The translations under genes and the position numbers were made by a program. Source: Candidatus Daviesbacteria bacterium GW2011_GWA1_41_61 (GTDB lineage Bacteria; Patescibacteriota; Microgenomatia; Daviesbacterales; UBA10151). Taken from it: DNA of 64,000 bases. The stretch lies in NCBI GenBank assembly GCA_000997385.1, contig LCBT01000001.1, positions 243,663-307,662 on the forward strand, in the 5' to 3' direction. Of the stretch, positions 56,494 to 64,000 are shown piece by piece. The notes below the pieces were generated by a model, which was not told the DNA's origin, searched no databases, and saw only the letters and a program-made list of their open reading frames with translations. Every line of letters begins with the position of its first letter. Position 1 is the stretch's first letter.

Positions 56494-57489
56494 TTATCCA
56501 TTAAAGTGCTTACCTTTCATCCTCAAAACAGTTAAGATTCCTTTTATAATCTCTTTACCAGTTAAACCATACTTTTCTAAAAGTTCTGCCCCTTCCCCTG
56601 ACTGGCCAAACTTATCCTCTACCCCGATAATCTTAACAGGTATAGGGTACTGTCCGGATAAAAATTCTGCAACTGCTGACCCTAATCCCCCAGCTGCTTG
56701 ATGTTCCTCCACAGTGACTATACCTCCCGTTTCCTCTGCTGCCTTAAGGATTGCCTTTTTATCCAGAGGTTTGATGGTGGAACAATTTATTACCCGAACA
56801 CTAATATTACTCTCTTGTAACTGCCTGGCTGCCAAAAGCGCTTGGTACACCATCTGGCCGCAAGCTATCACCGTTACATCTTGGCCTTCCTGAAAAACCT
56901 CTGCCTGACCTATCTTAAAAGGAGTATCTTTGGTAGTCATAACCACTGTTTTATCTCGCAGTAACCTTAAATAACAAGGCCTTTTAAGTTTGGCTATCTC
57001 TAAAGTAGCCTTTTTAGCTTCTAAACTATCACAGGGGGAAATTACCACCATATTTGGCAAGACCCTCATTAAGGCAACATCTTCTAAAGCTTGATGGGTA
57101 GCTCCATCAGCCCCCACATTTAAACCGGCATGGGAACCGATAATTTTAACCGATTGGTTGTTGTAACAGATAGTTGTTCTGATTTGTTCCCAATTCCTGC
57201 CAGGGGAAAAAACAGCATAAGAGGTCATAAAAGGTATTTTCCCTACTGCTGCTAAACCTGAAGCCACTGCTGCCAAGTTTTGTTCTGCTACCCCCACCTC
57301 CACAAACCTTTGGGGGAACTTTTGGGCAAAAGCTTCTACTTTAGTAGACTCTTCCAAATCTGCAGTTAACACCACCACCTGAGGATTTTCCTCACCAGCC
57401 ATTACCAACCCTTCCCCAAACCCCTCCCTCATGGAAACCATTTCCATATCTTCATCAAACAACTTGGGGTTTAATTTTGTATTAATCAT
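56494..57489 (-). CDS. Transketolase, C-terminal subunit (pyrimidine-binding plus C-terminal domains)
   Basis: 331 aa. …EQNLAAVASGLA…, and a Tkt C-terminal domain. Overlaps the N-terminal subunit gene. Confidence 0.85.
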   Translation of the reverse strand: MINTKLNPKLFDEDMEMVSMREGFGEGLVMAGEENPQVVVLTADLEESTKVEAFAQKFPQRFVEVGVAEQNLAAVASGLAAVGKIPFMTSYAVFSPGRNWEQIRTTICYNNQSVKIIGSHAGLNVGADGATHQALEDVALMRVLPNMVVISPCDSLEAKKATLEIAKLKRPCYLRLLRDKTVVMTTKDTPFKIGQAEVFQEGQDVTVIACGQMVYQALLAARQLQESNISVRVINCSTIKPLDKKAILKAAEETGGIVTVEEHQAAGGLGSAVAEFLSGQYPIPVKIIGVEDKFGQSGEGAELLEKYGLTGKEIIKGILTVLRMKGKHFNG

Positions 57490-58342
57490 GATGTCCTGGC
57501 TGGATCTTTCCTTGCAAACTTCTTAACTCTTTTAAGGCTTTTCTGGCTTCTTCTTTATCAGGCGGCTTACCGTGCCATTGAAAGTCATTTTCCATAAAGT
57601 CCACCCCTTTTCCAGGGATAGTGTGGGCGATAATCAAAGTAGGTTTTTCAAAGATTGCTTTAGCTTCTTCAAAAGAACCAATAATAGCCTCAAAGTTATG
57701 TCCGTCAATCTCCAGCACATGCCAACCAAAAGCCTCATATTTTTCTTTTAAGGGCTCCAGGGGCATAACATCTTCCGTAAAGCCGTCTATTTGAATATTA
57801 TTACGGTCTATTAAAGCCGTGAGGTTGTGCAGTTTATATTTACCGGCAAAAAGTACCGCTTCCCAGACATTGCCGCAGTCCTGTTCAGCATCAGACATTA
57901 AACAGACCACCCTCCATTTAGCCTCATCCCTCAGCCCCGCTAAGGCCATACCTGAGGATTGAGAAAGCCCTAATCCCAAAGGACCGGAAGTAGTCTCCAG
58001 TCCCAACAAAGAGCCGCGGTGAGGATGGCCTTGCAGTCTGGAACCTAACTTCCGAAGAGTCAAAAGCTCATGGTGAGGAAAATACCCGGCATGAGCTAAA
58101 GTAGCATATAAAACCGGACAGATATGGCCATTGGATAAAACCAGTCTATCCCTATCCTGCCACTGAGGATTTTTACAGTTATGCCTTAAGATATGGAAAT
58201 AAAGGGCGGTGAAAATATCAGCCATACCCAGCGGTCCGGCACTATGGCCTGAACCAGCTTGATAGAGCATGGTGATAATATCCTCACGGATGAAGGTGGC
58301 TTTTGCTTCTAACTCCGCTATCTTTTGGGCAGAGAGACTCAT
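57482..58342 (-). CDS. Transketolase, N-terminal subunit (TPP-binding)
   Basis: 286 aa. GHSAGPLGMAD, and a GDG-like TPP motif region …LMSDAEQDCGNVWEA…. Confidence 0.85.
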   Translation of the reverse strand: MSLSAQKIAELEAKATFIREDIITMLYQAGSGHSAGPLGMADIFTALYFHILRHNCKNPQWQDRDRLVLSNGHICPVLYATLAHAGYFPHHELLTLRKLGSRLQGHPHRGSLLGLETTSGPLGLGLSQSSGMALAGLRDEAKWRVVCLMSDAEQDCGNVWEAVLFAGKYKLHNLTALIDRNNIQIDGFTEDVMPLEPLKEKYEAFGWHVLEIDGHNFEAIIGSFEEAKAIFEKPTLIIAHTIPGKGVDFMENDFQWHGKPPDKEEARKALKELRSLQGKIQPGHHD

Positions 58343-58350
58343 ATTAAAAA

Positions 58351-59022
58351 CTATTGAATGGCAAAACCGTCTTCACTGCTTACCTTCATTGCCTTGTGCC
58401 TGTCTGCTTCAACTTCATCCTCAAATTCGGTAATCGCCTTCAACACCTGATAGGGGGTAGTGGCAATCTTAAAAACTTCTAACTCCTCCGGACGAAGCAA
58501 GAGGTTAGCTTTTAAAGTTCTCATAATCTTCTGCCAAAAATCTCCATATAAAATTAGCGGTTTATGATGACCAAAATAAATCCTGGCCAGCCCCCAGGCC
58601 ATCCCGAACTCAGACATTGTTCCTGAAGCTCCGTTAAAGACGATATAAACCTGTCCTTCTTTTAATAAAGTCAAGGTTCTTTCTATATAGGTGGTAGTTT
58701 TAATCTCTTCGTCAATGGGATTACTAACATCCCGACCTTCAAAGTGGTCGGCATCTTTAGGATAAAAAGTGACACCGATAACTTTCCCCCCTCCGGCCTT
58801 AGCACCCAAGGTAGCTGCTTCCATCACCCCCGGACCTCCGCCATCAACAACTGTATAACCGGCCTCAGCTAAAGATTGACAGACCTTATAGGCATCCTTG
58901 TAAACCTTATCGGCGGGCTTGGCATCGGCAAAGCCAAAGACTGTGACTTTTTCAATAGCCCGGGCTTTAGGCGGAGGTTGCGGCTTGCCTAATTTTTTCC
59001 AAATTCTGAGCAATGTTTCCAT
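58351..59022 (-). CDS. LOG-family protein (TIGR00730; cytokinin riboside 5'-monophosphate phosphoribohydrolase-like)
   Basis: GGGPGVMEA and NGASGTMSE motifs. The annotated start overlaps rpe by 56 nt, so the true start may lie downstream or use a non-ATG codon. Confidence 0.7.
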   Translation of the reverse strand: METLLRIWKKLGKPQPPPKARAIEKVTVFGFADAKPADKVYKDAYKVCQSLAEAGYTVVDGGGPGVMEAATLGAKAGGGKVIGVTFYPKDADHFEGRDVSNPIDEEIKTTTYIERTLTLLKEGQVYIVFNGASGTMSEFGMAWGLARIYFGHHKPLILYGDFWQKIMRTLKANLLLRPEELEVFKIATTPYQVLKAITEFEDEVEADRHKAMKVSSEDGFAIQ

Positions 59023-59683
59023 CAGTTAAATATTGTCCTATGATTAGATTATCAGCTCCCGCCTCTACTATTAGTTTAGCATTTTTCTCAGTAATGCCAC
59101 CATCCACCTCTATTTTAAAGTTTAACTTATTTTGACGTCTAATATCAGCAGCCTTTTTGACTCTTTCTATAGCCCGCATATCAAATTGCTGCCCCCCAAA
59201 ACCAGGATTAACACTCATTATAAGTAAAACATTAATGTCATAAAGATAAGGATTAAGTTCTTCCATCGGAGTATCTAAGTTAATAGCTAAACCACTTTCA
59301 ATACCTTCATCCTTAATATGCAAGCCATGATCTTCAATATAATCTAGATTACTACGAACATAATCCTCCCAACGTTCACTTCCTGGTGATCTGGGGTCAG
59401 ATTCAAGGTGAATAATAATTCTTTCAAATTCTTGTTCTATCAGCTCTTTTATCCACTCAATCGGGTGAAACACCATTAGGTGAGCCTCTCTTTTTAACTT
59501 AGTAGGATAACGGGCAACTATGTCCAAACTAATACTTATGTTTTGAACAAATGTATTATCCATGAGGTCTATTTGTACCCATCCTCCCTCAAACTCCTGA
59601 CAAGAGTGGATCTTCTCCAGCTTTTGACGGTACTGTTTCTCAGTGGTGGCTAAAATAGCCGGAATAATTTGAATTTTAGTCAT
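58967..59683 (-). CDS. rpe: Ribulose-phosphate 3-epimerase
   Basis: …IDLMDNTFVQN…HLMV… TIM-barrel Rpe motifs. 238 aa. Confidence 0.8.
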   Translation of the reverse strand: MTKIQIIPAILATTEKQYRQKLEKIHSCQEFEGGWVQIDLMDNTFVQNISISLDIVARYPTKLKREAHLMVFHPIEWIKELIEQEFERIIIHLESDPRSPGSERWEDYVRSNLDYIEDHGLHIKDEGIESGLAINLDTPMEELNPYLYDINVLLIMSVNPGFGGQQFDMRAIERVKKAADIRRQNKLNFKIEVDGGITEKNAKLIVEAGADNLIIGQYLTDGNIAQNLEKIRQAATSA

Positions 59684-60125
59684 ACTGCTTCTCTACTTCT
59701 TCAATCTTTCCTAAACGGCGAATATGACGGGGATCTTGAGAAAAAGGAGTTTGCAGAAATGTTTGGACAACTGCCCAAGCCATCTGCTCCTTTAAAACAT
59801 CAGCCGGTAAAGAAATAACATTAGCGTCTTCATCTTCCCTGGCCTGTTTAGCCCGGGCGGTATCAAAAACTAAAGCTGATCTTATCCCGGGGACTTTATT
59901 GGCCACCATATCCACTCCAGCCCCCGAGCCACAAAAAAGAATTCCTTTGTTCTCTTCAGATGTTACAGTAGCTTCAGCTACTTTTAAAGCATAATCAACA
60001 TAATCATCAGCAGGGTTCAAGCGGTCATTTCCTAAATCAGTTACCTCAAACCCTTCATCAATCAGCCTTTTCTTGATTCTTTCTTTCAACTGGAAACCTC
60101 TGTGATCTGCACCAATGTAAACCAT
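59676..60125 (-). CDS. rpiB: Ribose-5-phosphate isomerase B
   Basis: MVYIGADHRGF…LFCGSGAG. RpiB/LacAB family. 149 aa. Confidence 0.85.
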   Translation of the reverse strand: MVYIGADHRGFQLKERIKKRLIDEGFEVTDLGNDRLNPADDYVDYALKVAEATVTSEENKGILFCGSGAGVDMVANKVPGIRSALVFDTARAKQAREDEDANVISLPADVLKEQMAWAVVQTFLQTPFSQDPRHIRRLGKIEEVEKQYD

Positions 60126-60128
60126 AAC

Positions 60129-60698
60129 TTAATTTAACTCAAACAGCCGCTTAAATACAAGGTAGGTAGCCTTGGCGTCATCCAAAGCCTGATGGCTTTC
60201 TCCTCTCTCTAATTTTAAATATTTACAAATTTGTCCTAAACTAAATCTTTTAAGAACTCTTTTGTTAAATAACTTGAGATAAACCATCGGCATCACATCC
60301 AGCCGGTGGTAATAAAAAGGATCTTGCCTTCCTAAAGCAAAATATGCTTTATCTAACAACGCCCAATCATAAGTTACATTATAGCCAACCAACACTCCGC
60401 CCTGGGCAAATTGATCCAATTTCTCCAAAGCTTCTTTCAAGGTTAAAGCATCTTTCCAAGCCTCTTTAGAGTACCCTACCATCTTCAACGCTACTTTGTC
60501 AGCCGCTGGCAAATTATCAGGTTTAACCTTAATAGAGAATTTATCTAAGATTTTAAATGGTCTTTTAGAGTTGACTTTGACTGCCCCGATCTCAATGATT
60601 TCATGTTTTTGAACCTCCAAACCAGTTCCTTCAAGATCTAAAAAGATTAGAGGACGATCCCGCATCACCGTTTTATGAGCATCAGTCTTAATATCCAT
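60129..60698 (-). CDS. DEDDh 3'-5' exonuclease (DnaQ-like)
   Basis: Exo I FLDLEGTG, Exo II GYNVTYDWALL, Exo III HQALDDAKAT. Confidence 0.75.
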   Translation of the reverse strand: MDIKTDAHKTVMRDRPLIFLDLEGTGLEVQKHEIIEIGAVKVNSKRPFKILDKFSIKVKPDNLPAADKVALKMVGYSKEAWKDALTLKEALEKLDQFAQGGVLVGYNVTYDWALLDKAYFALGRQDPFYYHRLDVMPMVYLKLFNKRVLKRFSLGQICKYLKLERGESHQALDDAKATYLVFKRLFELN

Positions 60699-60793
60699 AA
60701 ATCCTGTTTGATATATTACGACAGAGTTGACCAGTTTTGCTAGGGGTGATATAAAATTATCACCTGATAATATTCCTTATTGAGTAATTTGAC

Positions 60794-61447
60794 TCAAACA
60801 AAAGTTTCCGGTAGTTGGGCTTTTAACTCTTCAACAGTTGTATCTCCTCCATGACCAGGATAAACCATAGTCCTTCCTGCCAGTTTCAAAATTTTCTTGA
60901 CAGATTTTGCCAGCTGGGAAAAAGAAGCATACCGAAGATCAGTTCTTCCCACTATCCCCCCAGCAAAAAGCAGATCCCCGCAAACTAACAGATGATCTTT
61001 TTTACTGTAAAGACAGACTCCTCCTGGGGTATGTCCGGGTGTTTCTATCACCTCCAGCTTCTCTTCTCCTAAAGAAAGGGTTTTTTCTTCCGGAAAAGGG
61101 AATGGTTCCACAAGCAATGGATCTGCTTTAACAGCGGTAAAATGTTCAGCACTATTTTTGGCCTGTTTTAATAAAAAGAGGTCTTTAGGATGAATATAAA
61201 AAGGAATTTTACAAGTTAAAGCTATTTCACTCACAGCTAAAACATGGTCAAAATGCCCATGGGTGGCTGCCACCCAAAAAGGTTTTAAGTTTAATTTGGC
61301 AATCTGATCAATAATATATTCCCCATCATCCCCGGGATCAATAATCCCGACATTACCTGAAGCTTCCACCAGATAACAATTAGTTTTAAGTTGTCCAACA
61401 ATTAAAGGAATAATTTTCATAAAAAATATCATACCATGAAGCATCAA
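60794..61447 (-). CDS. MBL-fold metallo-hydrolase
   Basis: HxHxDH motif ATHGHFDHV. 217 aa. Confidence 0.8.
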   Translation of the reverse strand: MMLHGMIFFMKIIPLIVGQLKTNCYLVEASGNVGIIDPGDDGEYIIDQIAKLNLKPFWVAATHGHFDHVLAVSEIALTCKIPFYIHPKDLFLLKQAKNSAEHFTAVKADPLLVEPFPFPEEKTLSLGEEKLEVIETPGHTPGGVCLYSKKDHLLVCGDLLFAGGIVGRTDLRYASFSQLAKSVKKILKLAGRTMVYPGHGGDTTVEELKAQLPETFV

Positions 61448-61583
61448 ACCTCAATCAAGCTTCCATCCAAGATCATTTGATGCTAAAATGAGCAAAGCTC
61501 TTACTTCATAATAGGCTAAATATTTGGGGGTCATCTAATGGTAGGATAATAGGCTCTGAACCTATCAATCATGGTCCGAATCC

Positions 61584-62102
61584 ATGCCCCCAAGCACTTC
61601 GAGTACAATTAGAACCGCTTTTGGTATACTTATTTTTGTGAAAAATCTTTATCAAAATTCTCAACTATTAACCCAAAAAGATTTTAAAAAATTAGAAAAA
61701 GCTTTTGAATATGCATGGTCAAAAGAAACAACTAGTCCGATTATAGAAGACGAATGGTCAGAAGATAATAAAGCATACGGACAATGTGCCATTACAGCTT
61801 TAATCATTTGTGATTTATATGGAGGTAGAATAATTTATGATAAAGGTAACTTACACGTTTGGAATGAATTACCCGATGGAACACAACAAGATTTTAGTAG
61901 AAAACAATATAAAGAAGATCTAATTTTTACGATTTACAAATATAAAACTAAAGGAGATTTGTTATCTGACAATTATGGTCGAAAAACGCAAATTACCCCA
62001 AGATACCAATTACTAAAACAAAGACTAGAAGCAAAACTCAAAAGATTAAAATTCAATGTTAATTCATTAGTAATTTTACTTCCCCTCAATCGATTAAGAT
62101 AA
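61584..62102 (+). CDS. Hypothetical protein (A+T-rich gene)
   Basis: 172-aa ORF with no clear motif. Its start may be an internal GTG (VKNLYQ…). Convergent with the small peptide ORF. Confidence 0.45.
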   Translation: MPPSTSSTIRTAFGILIFVKNLYQNSQLLTQKDFKKLEKAFEYAWSKETTSPIIEDEWSEDNKAYGQCAITALIICDLYGGRIIYDKGNLHVWNELPDGTQQDFSRKQYKEDLIFTIYKYKTKGDLLSDNYGRKTQITPRYQLLKQRLEAKLKRLKFNVNSLVILLPLNRLR

Positions 62103-62198
62103 TTAGATTTTCTTTAAAGTTTTTGTTTGTTTTGAAGTTTTTTTTACTTTGATACTTTTTACAGCTTCAAAATCTAGGACTGCCTTACATTTTCCCAT
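62103..62198 (-). CDS. Unannotated 31-aa Lys-rich peptide ORF immediately downstream of tandem radical SAM genes (candidate precursor or small protein)
   Basis: Canonical SD AAGGAGGT located 9 nt upstream of ATG 62198. Sequence MGKCKAVLDFEAVKSIKVKKTSKQTKTLKKI. Lies 58 nt after the rSAM stop. Confidence 0.4.
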   Translation of the reverse strand: MGKCKAVLDFEAVKSIKVKKTSKQTKTLKKI

Positions 62199-62255
62199 TT
62201 TTAAATACCTCCTTTCTTGGTTTAAATTCAGATTTATAACTATGAGTATAACATA

Positions 62256-63224
62256 TCAATCAAAAAAATGAGCTACGATATTATCGTAGTCGATAATATT
62301 TCTCATATTACTACGGCTTACATATGCCTGAGAATTTTCCATTATTTCTTTGAAAGCTGATATTTTAGCATCTAACACTTGTTTCTTTAAATTAGAAAAT
62401 GTTTCAGTAGGATATTTGCAAAGTGCCAATTTGAGAGGAAAGCCATACCACGGTAAAACATATCCATTTGGTAATATATGTAAAGAAGGTATTGTAAAAA
62501 GAACCTTATTTTTTTGTAATTCAGTCTTCTTTACAAGATTTGAAGTCAAATAAATATTATATTTCTCTTTCAGACGTTTAAGCGTACTATTAAGTGAAAT
62601 CAAGTGTTTTTCATCACAACCAATTGTTTGTTTGTGTTTTATTGCTCTCCCATAAAAATCAACGTGAGAAAAACGAATTGCCCGAACTCCTTTATCGATA
62701 CATATATTAACTACATCTTCCATATAAGGAAGCGTCTGAGGAGTTACCATAGATTGCACAAAGACAGGAATTTTTTCGACCTGTAATAGGCTAAGGGCAT
62801 CAATAGCTGCAACATAACTACTATCTTGCCTTCGTAACCAATCATGAGTTCTTTTACATCCATCGATACTTATTCCTACACCGTCTACATACTTCTTAAA
62901 TCTGTGCAGGTTCGTTCTATTAAGCAAAATGCCATTTGTAAAAATGTAGACTTTTATTTGGCTATTGAGTTGCTTTATGTATTTTACCAGAGGAACAATT
63001 TTCTTTAACACCAAGAGAGGTTCACCCCCAGAAATCGTAAATGCGTTAAAACCATTATCTATTAAATCTTTAAGTACTAATTTCCAATCATCCAATTCCA
63101 ATTCCTCAGCTAAAGAATGTCCTGCTTCCGTAAAACAATGTAAACATTGTAAGTTGCATTGTTTGGTAATTTCTAAGAGAACATGACGGTGAAAATTATA
63201 ATTTTTGACTAAAATATTATTCAT
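62256..63224 (-). CDS. Radical SAM enzyme (core domain only)
   Basis: CNLQCLHC (Cx3Cx2C) at residues 23-30, and a GGEPLL motif. Its start overlaps the upstream gene stop (TAATG). Confidence 0.8.
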   Translation of the reverse strand: MNNILVKNYNFHRHVLLEITKQCNLQCLHCFTEAGHSLAEELELDDWKLVLKDLIDNGFNAFTISGGEPLLVLKKIVPLVKYIKQLNSQIKVYIFTNGILLNRTNLHRFKKYVDGVGISIDGCKRTHDWLRRQDSSYVAAIDALSLLQVEKIPVFVQSMVTPQTLPYMEDVVNICIDKGVRAIRFSHVDFYGRAIKHKQTIGCDEKHLISLNSTLKRLKEKYNIYLTSNLVKKTELQKNKVLFTIPSLHILPNGYVLPWYGFPLKLALCKYPTETFSNLKKQVLDAKISAFKEIMENSQAYVSRSNMRNIIDYDNIVAHFFD

Positions 63225-64000
63225 TATCTTGTTTTTGCTAATTTCATATAATTACGAAGTGTTTTTGGACAACCACCACGATTCAGGCAAGCAGAAAAGT
63301 GAGTTGAAGATAAATAACTATAACCACAATAGTCTCTATCTTGTATTTGTTGATGAAAGTTAACATTGGTCTTCAATAAATCCTTAATATTATCTGTCAC
63401 AAGATTACCTATCTTGTATTCATCAGAGAGGTATGACAATTCAACGCAAGGGTACAAGTCCCCTTTATAAGAAATAAACAAGTCACTGTTACTACATTCA
63501 CAACGGAATTGATAATTTTTTAATATTTTTTCGTGGTAGATACTCTTAATAATATTTATTAAGTATCTTTGATCTTCGATTAATGGTCTTTTTAGCTTTA
63601 AAATTACCTCATTATCGTTGGCTCGACCATTGAAGACAAAATCATTAATTTTAATTTCATTTATTCCTGTATCTTTTGCAAATAATACAAGCTCTTCAAG
63701 ATCGTTAATAGTAATATTTGATACGGTAGCACTAATAACAACTGAAATACCTAATTTTTGAATTTTTTTAATATTATTCATAATAATTAACACTTTATCT
63801 CTTTTTAAAATCTTATTATGCTCGTCCACTAAAGAATCAAGACTAAAAGCTACAATCGAAATATATTTTTTAAAATTTACTAAAAGTTTGTTAGTAATTA
63901 AACTCCCATTAGTAAATATTGAAACTAGCATTTCTTTTTGGTGTGCGTATTTAACTAAATTCCAAAAATAATCTTTTATTAGTGGCTCACCTCCAGTAAA
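63224..64000 (-). CDS. Radical SAM/SPASM-domain enzyme, N-terminally truncated by the window edge
   Basis: The frame stays open to the window end, translating …FTGGEPLIKDYFWNLV… (GGE motif). C-terminal Cys-rich SPASM-like region CECS…YPCV…CGYSYLSSTHFSACLNRGGCP. Confidence 0.75.
   Translation of the reverse strand, partial: FTGGEPLIKDYFWNLVKYAHQKEMLVSIFTNGSLITNKLLVNFKKYISIVAFSLDSLVDEHNKILKRDKVLIIMNNIKKIQKLGISVVISATVSNITINDLEELVLFAKDTGINEIKINDFVFNGRANDNEVILKLKRPLIEDQRYLINIIKSIYHEKILKNYQFRCECSNSDLFISYKGDLYPCVELSYLSDEYKIGNLVTDNIKDLLKTNVNFHQQIQDRDYCGYSYLSSTHFSACLNRGGCPKTLRNYMKLAKTR

Overview
This is a roughly 64 kb, A+T-rich bacterial chromosomal segment that uses the standard genetic code (TGA and TAA both act as stops). 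Genes are compact and often overlap by 1-4 nt. The housekeeping content (FtsE/FtsX plus an EnvC-like M23 peptidase, SecA, TsaE, SerS, LysS, GreA, Lon, membrane H+/Na+ pyrophosphatase, a B12-dependent class II RNR with NrdR and a cobalamin adenosyltransferase, a two-subunit transketolase, Rpe, RpiB, class II aldolase) and the small protein sizes suggest a reduced-genome lineage such as CPR/Patescibacteria; this is inference only. One tRNA is present (Glu, anticodon CTC), and no rRNA or CRISPR array was found. Three accessory blocks stand out.
(1) A copper-homeostasis island at about 39.0-45.8 kb. It contains CopZ, CopA, two cupredoxin-like modules, a CcdA-like protein, DUF1573, a CsoR-family repressor, and an unannotated 50-aa Gly-rich membrane protein with a perfect Shine-Dalgarno.
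(2) A defence-like island at about 45.8-56.5 kb that is visibly more A+T-rich. It holds a Type III restriction-modification-like operon (Mod, then a P-loop NTPase with a wHTH, then Res) in which an unusual ATPase lies between mod and res and Mod carries a roughly 300-aa C-terminal extension. Next to it are an HsdS-like remnant, a PolB-type 3'-5' exonuclease, a zinc-ribbon protein, and a membrane-anchored S1 protease. A class II Fic AMP-transferase gene there is flanked by perfect 30-bp direct repeats.
(3) An A+T-rich right end (61.5-64 kb) with two translationally coupled radical SAM genes, one carrying a SPASM domain and truncated by the window edge. They are followed by an unannotated 31-aa Lys-rich ORF with a strong RBS, so this may be a RiPP-like maturation cassette.
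Also notable: a GT4 glycosyltransferase is broken by a 1-nt insertion in a GCGC run, two diverged HExxGH-like paralogs lie between greA and lysS, and a 42-aa basic ORF with a strong RBS sits between the PPIase and DacA-like genes.
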